The notes beneath the pieces were generated by a model. That model saw only the letters and a list, made by a program, of their open reading frames with translations. It searched no databases and was not told where the DNA came from. Source: Halalkalibacterium halodurans (lineage in GTDB: Bacteria > Bacillota > Bacilli > Bacillales > Bacillaceae_D). Taken from it: a stretch of DNA of 11,394 bases. Both the position numbers and the translations under genes were made by a program. Shown here in pieces: positions 1 to 6,514 of this stretch (positions are counted from its first letter, which is position 1; each line of letters starts with the position of its first letter). The stretch is taken from the NCBI RefSeq assembly GCF_004376175.1, contig NZ_SNUY01000063.1:1-11394 (forward strand). The letters run 5' to 3'.

Positions 1-160
1 CGCCCTTGATTGACCTCTGAATAAACCATTGGTGTGTTTGTCAAGAGCGATAGCGTGGCATTTCCACCTAATAAATGGTAGGTAGTATGAACCGTGCTAG
101 TTTTTCATAGAACTTTTGGCACTACCTCTTGTGTATTTCACTGGAATACACTGTAATATG

Positions 161-301
161 TCAATTTCCACTACGCCCTAACTCTTGAGTCGTAAAGTCG
201 TCACTTGAGGATGAAGAAGTTTGGCTAATATACCCTTGGTTTAAAATAATCATTCCAAGAGCCATACTAGCTACAAGAAACTTTAACATTGTTTTTTTCA
301 T
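161..301 (-). CDS. Phr-like secreted signalling-peptide precursor (46 aa); absent from the supplied ORF track
   Basis: Manual minus-strand translation gives MKKTMLKFLVASMALGMIILNQGYISQTSSSSSDDFTTQELGRSGN. The ATG (301-299) overlaps the TGA of the upstream TPR ORF (ATGA). A strong SD, AAGAGGAGG (complement of 312-320), lies 10 nt upstream. The product has a basic N-terminus, a hydrophobic signal core and a polar Ser-rich pro-region. The C-terminal GRSGN has Arg at position 2, as in many known Phr pentapeptides. The stop is at 163-161. Confidence 0.6.
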   Translation of the reverse strand: MKKTMLKFLVASMALGMIILNQGYISQTSSSSSDDFTTQELGRSGN

Positions 302-888
302 ATTCTCTCAGCCTCCTCTTGTAATGAAGAAGTATATTCTTTCGCTTTTAAAGCCTCGACTAAATATTTCGTTGCCAGTTCATACATTTCCTTCTTTTTG
401 AAATGACGCCCAGCAATTGCACTTAAATCTGAAACATCGTGCCACAATTTTTTCTTTTTTAATTTTTCCAATTCATCATCAAGAGAGGATTCGTTTGGCT
501 CTAGGTAAATGGATTGAATGATGGATATCTTTGTCTGATACGTCTGTTCATTTATTTCCTCAGCCAATTTTTTTGACTCATTGAGCCACTCCCTACCTTC
601 TTCTATCAAATCCATTCTGAACAATACTCTCGCCAACATGTACTTAATTGCTAAATATGTGTCCTTTTTAATGTCTTTTGGATAGTCTATATCAAGGGTT
701 GTCTCAAGCGAATTCCTAGCTGTTTGAAGGTTGTCTAAATATTCGTTATAAACTCCTAAATTAAAGTATCCTATGACTTTCAGAAACGGAATGTCGTTCG
801 AGGACGCTATCTCTATTGCCTCTTTACATAGATTAATAGCATTATTGTGCTGATTGAGACCGAGTTGATGATGCCCGAAAACATGCAA
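298..888 (-). pseudogene. Rap-family (RNPP) TPR quorum-sensing receptor/aspartate phosphatase, C-terminal half only (N-terminally truncated remnant)
   Basis: The 196-aa ORF is built of TPR-like helix pairs (AINLCKEAIEIA, YFNLGVYNEYLDNLQTARNSLETTL, YLAIKYMLARVLFRMDLIEEGREWLNESKKLAEE). Its tail is Rap-like (LEKLKKKKLWHDVSDLSAIAGRHFKKKEMYELATKYLVEALKAKE). A phr-like ORF overlaps its stop. Rap proteins are about 375 aa, so roughly 180 N-terminal residues (3-helix bundle plus first TPRs) are missing. No ATG or SD lies upstream in frame; the frame stays open to about 1002 but reads as non-TPR sequence. Confidence 0.6.
724..752 (+). promoter_or_regulatory. Candidate sigma-A-type promoter facing the 930-3368 cassette (TTGAAG-N17-TATAAA)
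   Basis: The -35 TTGAAG is at 724-729, the spacer is 17 nt, and the -10 TATAAA is at 747-752. The motif lies antisense inside the rap remnant, about 180 nt upstream of the 930 ATG. This is AT-rich DNA, so a chance match is quite possible. Confidence 0.2.
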
Positions 889-929
889 AGGATGTAGTCG
901 AAGGGCTGTATGAACTTGATCATGAAGGC

Positions 930-2273
930 ATGACCTTGATGCGAGAGCTTCAAAGAGAAATGAACGAACTAAAAGCCATATTAAAGCAAGTAATCGAGTG
1001 GACTACTAACGGAGGCCCTCTTCTAAACGGTGTTAATATTCAGGATGTGAGATCATACTTTCAAGATATGACCCTACATACGAAAGCATCGGAAATTGAT
1101 TTGGAGACTTTGGATGCTCATGCGCTTCGAGACATTCTTCAAGATGGAGCCCTTATCAAACCGATTGTACAAAAATTTGCTGCCGGAGAAGCTTTAACGT
1201 ATACAGAAAGGGAACTTCTCTATTTCTTCTTACAGCACATTTTCCTCGGTGCTGAAAAGCGAAAAGAAATTGAAAGCATTGCCGAGATGATCAGTGAAGA
1301 TCGGATCGATGAATTAGTTTATCGCCTCAATCATACCGTACTTACATCTGAAACTACCCTTGATGATGAAATCGCCCTTATACAGGCTTATTTGTTTAGT
1401 GGGAATCGTCAATTGGAAAAGGAGCTTTCTTATGAAGAAATGATCTCAATCTATAAATTAAGGTCATATTTAGCATTGATTGAGAATTATCAAGTCGCTC
1501 TTGAAGAGAATAAACGCCTATATGAAAATACGGATGTTTGGGCACGGGTAGAGTGGATTTCTTATGAGTACGTCCCAGGCGCTCGAAAACAAACCTATGC
1601 GTTTGAAACAGCCCTTCAAACAACGCCTGTAGTAAGTGTTTATAGTTTGAAGACACGAGAGGAATTTTTAGCAAGAGAAGGCCATCAATTAGACGGGAAG
1701 GCAGATGTTTCAAGGGTGACTTATCTGGTAGGGCAGAATATTTTGTTACAGTCAAATGAAGATGAGGCGAACGAGTTGCTTAAAAAATATAATGATTATA
1801 CGGAAAATTTTATAAAGAAAGAAGTAGTTAACGTTCAATCCCCTATAAAGAGTGGAAGTGCACTCGGACAAGTAGTTGGCTTAGTTAATCTAGGGAGAAA
1901 ATACAACGATGGCAAAGAAGATCTAGGAAGAAGACTCACGTCTGCTAAGACAAAGGGGATAGCCGGAGAGCTTAAAGCGAACCTTCTTATATCGGAACGC
2001 CCAAAGTGGTATGAAAATCGAGCAGGAGCTGAGATTTACCCTAGTGTTGCTACTCATGATATTGTGGGTCGGTGGAGAGAAGCGCACAGTATTAATCCCG
2101 ATATACCTTATCCTGAACAAGCGATAATTCAACAAGACTGGTATGAAATTAGCGAATTTCTTGCAAATCACGTCGATGACTTTGACAAAATTAATCCAGA
2201 ATTATACGTATATATCTTTGATGAGTCAAAGAGAAATGATCAAACAGTGGAAGAGATTGCAAATAGAAATTAG
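930..2273 (+). CDS. Hypothetical 447-aa protein, largely helical N-terminal two-thirds; possibly a 5'-truncated fragment of a larger (polymorphic-toxin-like) gene
   Basis: It is a long ORF with coherent low-GC codon usage. No convincing SD precedes ATG 930 (GAAGG ends 1 nt before it), and ATG 939 has only weak GAAGG at 10 nt. The frame is open upstream to 858 with no start codon. No signal peptide, TM segment or catalytic motif is recognisable. The C-terminal 43 aa are paralogous to the next gene's product. Confidence 0.6.
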   Translation: MTLMRELQREMNELKAILKQVIEWTTNGGPLLNGVNIQDVRSYFQDMTLHTKASEIDLETLDAHALRDILQDGALIKPIVQKFAAGEALTYTERELLYFFLQHIFLGAEKRKEIESIAEMISEDRIDELVYRLNHTVLTSETTLDDEIALIQAYLFSGNRQLEKELSYEEMISIYKLRSYLALIENYQVALEENKRLYENTDVWARVEWISYEYVPGARKQTYAFETALQTTPVVSVYSLKTREEFLAREGHQLDGKADVSRVTYLVGQNILLQSNEDEANELLKKYNDYTENFIKKEVVNVQSPIKSGSALGQVVGLVNLGRKYNDGKEDLGRRLTSAKTKGIAGELKANLLISERPKWYENRAGAEIYPSVATHDIVGRWREAHSINPDIPYPEQAIIQQDWYEISEFLANHVDDFDKINPELYVYIFDESKRNDQTVEEIANRN

Positions 2274-2291
2274 TCAGGCAGGTGGAGAACG

Positions 2292-2783
2292 ATGAAAGGA
2301 TCAACGAAAAAGCGACTAATCGTCATCATATTGGTCATCGCAGGAATCATTCTAGGGGTCTATTTGCATAACGAAAAGAAAAATGCGGATGAAGAGTTGA
2401 AGCTAGCTCAGTACAGGAATGAGGCAATTGCAAAAATGTTCTGGCTTGATGTTAAACATACAGGTAAAGACCCGAATGATGTTGAATTTTTTCCAAGCCA
2501 AGATACAGATCGAATAATGGAACGGTGGAATGCAGTCACAGAGCTATACCCAGAGGCCGGTTATCCAGACGAAGTGGTAGAGCGAGAAGATTGGTTCGAG
2601 GTGAGTCAAATTTTCCTGAAGATACCTTTTCATGAAATACAACAGGAAATGATTGAAGATACAGATGCTTTACCTGAGGGGGAGAGAGTACCTGAAAGTA
2701 GCCTGGAGGATTATATTTTTTATAGAAGTTTTAGTTTAGGACCAGTCTTAGTGGAGTTAGGGCTTGAAGAAGAGGATCATTAG
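2292..2783 (+). CDS. Small signal-anchored (N-in, C-out predicted) acidic protein, 163 aa, unknown function; candidate immunity/accessory protein
   Basis: SD AGGTGGAG (2280-2287) lies 4 nt before the ATG, and the gene starts 18 nt after the upstream stop. The N-terminus MKGSTKKR is followed by the hydrophobic stretch LIVIILVIAGIILGVYL, with no lipobox Cys. The remainder is acidic and shares a module with residues 367-409 of the upstream protein. Confidence 0.75.
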   Translation: MKGSTKKRLIVIILVIAGIILGVYLHNEKKNADEELKLAQYRNEAIAKMFWLDVKHTGKDPNDVEFFPSQDTDRIMERWNAVTELYPEAGYPDEVVEREDWFEVSQIFLKIPFHEIQQEMIEDTDALPEGERVPESSLEDYIFYRSFSLGPVLVELGLEEEDH

Positions 2784-2801
2784 TCATTGGGTGGTGGATC
2801 T

Positions 2802-3368
2802 ATGTCAAAGAAGTGGAAGATCATTTTAGGTCTAGTTGCTGTGTTGTTCGTCGGTGGTTATGTCATGACAAACATAATAAAGGATGAAGCACAGAAAATA
2901 GAAGAGGAAGTGAATAGAGTATACTCAGACTCTGTAACACTCATTCATATTGAAAAGATGGATCAGAACAAGGCTCTCGTCTTTTATGAGTGGGGTGGTA
3001 TGTGGGAGAGAGGGGGAAAACTTGCAGTTGCTCAATTAAAGAAGAACTTGCTAGGTTGGACTTTTGAGAGCAGCCTTTCAATAAGTGCTAGAGAAGAGAG
3101 ACGATCCTTAGCTTTTAATGAGTATGCTGTTATAGTTGGTCTGGCGCTCCATTCTATAGATTTTCATGAAATCAAAATTGAAACAGCAGATGGTGAGATA
3201 CATACAGCCACGATCATCGAAAATGAAGATAGCCGTGGACGCTATTGGTTCTATATAGCAAGCGAAGAAGAATCTGAAGAGATATTTAATGCGTCGGTTT
3301 ATATGATGACAAAAGATGGAGAAGTGATTGAAGAGATCGAGAAACCTGACAATGATCCGTTGTATTGA
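2802..3368 (+). CDS. Small signal-anchored protein, 188 aa (193 aa if TTG 2787 is used), unknown function
   Basis: ATG 2802 has SD GGTGG (2790-2794) at 7-nt spacing, so I prefer it to the TTG at 2787 used by the ORF track. The N-terminus MSKKWK is followed by IILGLVAVLFVGGYVM (a TM anchor). The rest is a beta-looking domain with an acidic tail. The gene is followed by a terminator. Confidence 0.75.
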   Translation: MSKKWKIILGLVAVLFVGGYVMTNIIKDEAQKIEEEVNRVYSDSVTLIHIEKMDQNKALVFYEWGGMWERGGKLAVAQLKKNLLGWTFESSLSISAREERRSLAFNEYAVIVGLALHSIDFHEIKIETADGEIHTATIIENEDSRGRYWFYIASEEESEEIFNASVYMMTKDGEVIEEIEKPDNDPLY

Positions 3369-3400
3369 AAGGTGTTTAGATACAATCAAGTAATTGTAAC

Positions 3401-3440
3401 AGCCCCCTTCGAAGCTCCTATTTGGCTTCTGAAGGGGGCT
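3401..3440. terminator. Bidirectional intrinsic-terminator-like hairpin between convergent genes
   Basis: AGCCCCCTTCGAAGC (3401-3415) is separated by the loop TCCTATTTG from GCTTCTGAAGGGGGCT (3425-3440). This gives a GC-rich stem of about 15 bp with one bulged base. It lies between stop 3368 (+) and stop 3449 (-). The flanking T-tracts are short on both strands. Confidence 0.7.
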
Positions 3441-3448
3441 TTAGCGAT

Positions 3449-4669
3449 TTATGAACTTTGTTGTTCGACTAGGGTTAATGTGGTCGTTTCCTTTTTCCCT
3501 TCGCGGTAGTAGGTGACTTCCACTTCGTCCCCAATGTTCAATTCGGTATATAAAAATTTCCGTAATTCGTGGCCGTCGTTAATGTCTTCACCGTTGAGCT
3601 CGACGATGACATCGTACTGCCGCAATCCGGCTGTTTCGGCAGGTGACATCGGTACCACGTCGGTGATCACGACGCCGCCCTTCACATCTTCAGGGAGTTT
3701 AAGCGTCTCTTCCCAATGGAAGCTCGGAATCTCACTTAGTGAACGGAAGGCGACACCCATCTGTGGACGCTGCACCTCACCGTAAAACTCCAAATCTTCG
3801 ATGACTGGAATCGCGAGGTTCGATGGAATGGCAAAGCCAATGCCTTCAACAGCACTTTGCGCAATTTTCATTGAGTTAATCCCAATCACTTGACCTTGGA
3901 TGTTCACGAGTGCGCCGCCGCTGTTCCCAGGGTTGATCGCTGCATCCGTTTGCAGCACCTCGGCCTGCCAGTCGATTTGTCCGTTGCCTGTTAAGTCGAT
4001 TGGAATGCTTCGCTCGGTCGCACTGATGATTCCGAGAGTGACAGAGCTTGAGAAGCGTAACCCCAGCGGATTTCCGATCGCGATCGCCGGCTCACCTGGG
4101 CTGAGAAGGTCGGAGTTCCCGAATTCAGCAACGGTTTCTACGTCAGACCCGTCAATTTCGAGAACCGCCAAATCCGTGAAAACGTCTGATCCTAGCACTT
4201 CAGCTGGGAGGCGGGAGCCGTCGGTTAACACGACCTCGACTTGATTAGCACCGGAAATAACGTGCTCATTCGTGACGATAAACGCCCGATCGCCTTCTTT
4301 TTTGTAAATGACTCCAGATCCTGTCCCTTCCTCTTCCTCTGAGGAGGAGAACATGCTGCCATTTGTCATGCTAACGATCCCAACGACGGCGTCAGATACT
4401 TTCTCTACCGCTTGAGAGACATCTGAATTTACGGCATAATTGACCGTTTCGATGTCGTTAGGTGCTTCCGTCAGCTGACCTGTTTCTTCTGTGGGTGCTC
4501 CTGAGTCTATTTCATAAGGTAGCCAGCCAAGACCTGAGAGAGCCGGTACCGAAAAAAGAACGAGAAGTGCGCCTAAAATAGCACCGATAAATGCAGAAAT
4601 GCCAATTCCTCGTCTTGCGCCTTTTTGCTTTTCATTTCGATTAGATACGTGTTCATCATAGTACCCCAT
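3449..4669 (-). CDS. htrC: HtrA/DegP-family membrane-anchored serine protease with C-terminal PDZ domain (YyxA/HtrC position)
   Basis: Catalytic triad contexts are present: TNEHVI (His), DLAVLEI (Asp) and GNSGGALVN (Ser). The N-terminal TM is ISAFIGAILGALLVLFSV. The PDZ-like segment is GGVVITDVVPMSPAETAGLRQYDVIVELNGEDI. SD AAAGGTGGG lies upstream of the ATG. The gene sits directly downstream of yycJ, as in the Bacillus subtilis wal cluster; the symbol is assigned by synteny. Confidence 0.9.
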   Translation of the reverse strand: MGYYDEHVSNRNEKQKGARRGIGISAFIGAILGALLVLFSVPALSGLGWLPYEIDSGAPTEETGQLTEAPNDIETVNYAVNSDVSQAVEKVSDAVVGIVSMTNGSMFSSSEEEEGTGSGVIYKKEGDRAFIVTNEHVISGANQVEVVLTDGSRLPAEVLGSDVFTDLAVLEIDGSDVETVAEFGNSDLLSPGEPAIAIGNPLGLRFSSSVTLGIISATERSIPIDLTGNGQIDWQAEVLQTDAAINPGNSGGALVNIQGQVIGINSMKIAQSAVEGIGFAIPSNLAIPVIEDLEFYGEVQRPQMGVAFRSLSEIPSFHWEETLKLPEDVKGGVVITDVVPMSPAETAGLRQYDVIVELNGEDINDGHELRKFLYTELNIGDEVEVTYYREGKKETTTLTLVEQQSS

Positions 4670-4771
4670 ATGATATCACCCACCTTTATTATGAATGGAA
4701 ATAGTCCATTTATCCTTATTATATAAGGCTTTTTTCATTACGCTAGCCGACTAGGCCTATTTGCACAATTT

Positions 4772-4799
4772 TTTATACTTCTAATAGAATTGCCAACAA
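4772..4799 (-). promoter_or_regulatory. Candidate sigma-A promoter for the htrA-like gene (TTGTTG-N16-TATAAA on the minus strand)
   Basis: On the minus strand, -35 TTGTTG is the complement of 4794-4799 and -10 TATAAA is the complement of 4772-4777. The motif is downstream of the yycJ terminator and about 100 nt upstream of ATG 4669. The -35 is weak and the spacing suboptimal. Confidence 0.25.
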
Positions 4800-4885
4800 C
4801 ATTGACGCTTAATCATGGAAGTTGCACCTTTAACCGTGGGAAATTGACGCACGTTCCGATGACATGATGAAAGCAGTTCATCCAT

Positions 4886-4915
4886 AAAGAAAAAAGCCTC
4901 CGAAAAAAGGAGACT
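4886..4915 (-). terminator. Rho-independent terminator immediately after walJ/yycJ
   Basis: The minus strand reads AGTCTCC-TTTTTTC-GGAGGCT-TTTTTCTTT. This is a 7-bp stem (one G-U pair) with a 7-nt loop and a T-tract. It starts 2 nt after the TAA stop (4919-4917). Confidence 0.6.
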
Positions 4916-4916
4916 T

Positions 4917-5711
4917 TTACACGACTGCGAGGGGCGTCGGCTTATATGGATCGGTATCATAGAGGCGGAACCGCTCGCCAACTGCCAATCCTTGTTCCTG
5001 TAACACTTGCTCGACCGTGAGCCGAGCCAACTCTTTCATATTATTGTCCAAGCTTAGGTGAGCGAGATAGATTCGCTCGGTACGGTCGCCAATCACCTCG
5101 GCTAGCGCGTACGCCGCATCTTCATTGGAGACATGGCCCACATCGCTCAAAATCCGCCGTTTGACATTCCACGGATACCGCCCCATTCGGAGCATGTTTA
5201 AATCATGATTGGCCTCAAAAATGAGTGTATCGGCGTTTTCGATCGTCTTTTTAATCCGTTCACTTACATAGCCCATATCGGTCGCAAGGACAAGCTTTTT
5301 CCCATCGTGGTGAAAGACGTAAAACATCGGCTCAGCGGCATCGTGGGACACGCCGAACGATTCCACTTCTAAGTCGGCAAACGTCTTCACCTCACCGATT
5401 TCAAAATGAAACCGCTGGTCGGTTGTGAGCGTTCCGAGAGCCTTTTCCATCGCTTGCCATGTTTTGGCGTTAGCGTAAATGGGAAGGTTGTATTTCCGCG
5501 CGATGATGCCGACCCCTTTTATGTGATCGCTATGCTCATGGGTGACGAGAATTCCGTTGAGTTGACTCGGGTCGCAGTCAATTTTTTGGAACAGCTCGTC
5601 CATTTTTTTGCCGCTCAGCCCAGCGTCAACGAGCAGCTTTTGCTTATCTGTCTCCACGTAAAGAGCATTTCCCGTACTCCCGCTCGCTAAAACACTAAAT
5701 CGCAACGACAT
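4917..5711 (-). CDS. walJ: Metallo-beta-lactamase-fold hydrolase WalJ/YycJ
   Basis: The MBL signature [11 protein letters not shown] (HxHxDH) is present. At 264 aa it has the same length class as B. subtilis YycJ. SD AGAGGGAGAG is upstream. Its position after yycI matches the wal cluster. Confidence 0.92.
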   Translation of the reverse strand: MSLRFSVLASGSTGNALYVETDKQKLLVDAGLSGKKMDELFQKIDCDPSQLNGILVTHEHSDHIKGVGIIARKYNLPIYANAKTWQAMEKALGTLTTDQRFHFEIGEVKTFADLEVESFGVSHDAAEPMFYVFHHDGKKLVLATDMGYVSERIKKTIENADTLIFEANHDLNMLRMGRYPWNVKRRILSDVGHVSNEDAAYALAEVIGDRTERIYLAHLSLDNNMKELARLTVEQVLQEQGLAVGERFRLYDTDPYKPTPLAVV

Positions 5712-5725
5712 CGTTTCTCTCCCTC

Positions 5726-6514
5726 TTACTGAATAATCTCACCGCCAATGGCGTTGATTAAGTACGTGTTCTGTTCGCCTTCTTGCTCATCGACGACGGT
5801 AATTTGCCACATGGGGGCAAACACTTGGATGGCTCCTTCTTGATGCACGAGGCTATGGTAGCCAAATTCGATCGCAGTTACGGCTTGGTTCATGCGCAAA
5901 AGCTGATCGGTATAAAGGCCTTCGATCGCCCGCAGGCTTGACATGAGGTCATGTTCCCGCCCGTGTTCCTCAAATTCAAGGATCGATTGCTCGTATCCGA
6001 TGATTTCTTGCTTCTCATTAAAATTTAATACGAGCTGCCCGTCTTCATAGGTGTACGTTGTAAACCCTTCATATTGTTGGTACAGCGGCAGTCTTCTATT
6101 GTCTTGGTCAAAGGCTCCGAACTGATAGGCCGATCCGTTCAGAACATACGTATTGACGAAGCTTCGCAGTTGCTGTCCCATGTTTTGGTCTGAGATCGGG
6201 TAGGGCTCATCCAGTGTAGCGACAAGCCGAGTCGGTTCAGGGAACGAAAGGTTGTCCGCTGGAAGAGGCACGACATCGACCATGGCTTGGGTCCATTCCT
6301 TCTTTTTTCCGACAAGATGTAGGCCGGATGGCTTGATCTCTGGTAGTTCCACATGAATGGAAATGTTGTTATCATTTAAAATTTCTTGAATGCTAGACTC
6401 GTTTAAAATCGCAATTTGATTGGCGCTTTTTTTATCGAGTAGCTGCCAAGTGAGGAAAAGGTTAATCAACAGGAAGATGATGATAAATATGGACTTCGTT
6501 CTACTCCAATCCAT
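5726..6514 (-). CDS. yycI: WalK-regulatory membrane-anchored protein YycI
   Basis: The N-terminus [26 protein letters not shown] is typical of YycI, with a single N-terminal TM and an extracytoplasmic domain. It is 262 aa long. Its ATG (6514-6512) overlaps the end of yycH by 14 nt. Confidence 0.88.
   Translation of the reverse strand: MDWSRTKSIFIIIFLLINLFLTWQLLDKKSANQIAILNESSIQEILNDNNISIHVELPEIKPSGLHLVGKKKEWTQAMVDVVPLPADNLSFPEPTRLVATLDEPYPISDQNMGQQLRSFVNTYVLNGSAYQFGAFDQDNRRLPLYQQYEGFTTYTYEDGQLVLNFNEKQEIIGYEQSILEFEEHGREHDLMSSLRAIEGLYTDQLLRMNQAVTAIEFGYHSLVHQEGAIQVFAPMWQITVVDEQEGEQNTYLINAIGGEIIQ

Noticed and set aside
131-151. Hairpin GTGTATT-tcactgg-AATACAC just downstream of the phr-like stop, considered as a terminator
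   Set aside because: The stem is only 7 bp and AT-rich, and no T-tract follows on the minus strand (AAGAGG follows). It is not convincing as an intrinsic terminator.
1-160. Left-edge 160 bp checked for a gene end, tRNA or small ORF
   Set aside because: All three plus-strand frames hit stops within 20 nt, and only tiny ORFs without an SD occur on either strand. A TTGACA hexamer on the minus strand (complement of 37-42) has no acceptable -10. I cannot assign anything here.
150-166. WalR-box-like half sites (TGTAAT at 152-157; TGTTAC on the minus strand at 10398-10393)
   Set aside because: The WalR consensus needs two TGT(A/T)A(A/T/C) hexamers spaced by 5 nt. In both places the second hexamer is absent or wrongly spaced.
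1396-2171. Antisense ORFs 1396-1755 (119 aa) and 1923-2171 (82 aa) inside the 447-aa gene
   Set aside because: They lie entirely within a longer, better-supported ORF on the opposite strand. Their composition is low-complexity and odd (many L/S/R/K), and no SD is present. They are typical shadow ORFs.
3108-3389. Antisense 93-aa ORF overlapping the 3' end of the 2802-3368 gene
   Set aside because: It is a shadow ORF in AT-rich DNA. It has no SD, is rich in Ile/Phe/Arg, and runs into the terminator region.
3513-4244. Plus-strand ORFs 3513-3785 and 3900-4244 inside the HtrA-like gene
   Set aside because: They are antisense to a confidently identified protease gene. Their Ser/Pro/Thr-rich products are typical of reverse-frame translation of GC-richer coding DNA.
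4714-4736. CCTTAT-tat-ATAAGG followed by CTTTTTTC on the plus strand, considered as a plus-strand terminator
   Set aside because: The stem is 6 bp and AT-rich with a 3-nt loop. No plus-strand gene lies upstream to terminate. I keep it only as a possible leader element of the protease gene.
4781-4981. 66-aa minus-strand ORF spanning the yycJ stop and terminator
   Set aside because: It starts out of frame inside yycJ and reads through the terminator hairpin. It has no SD and an implausible composition.
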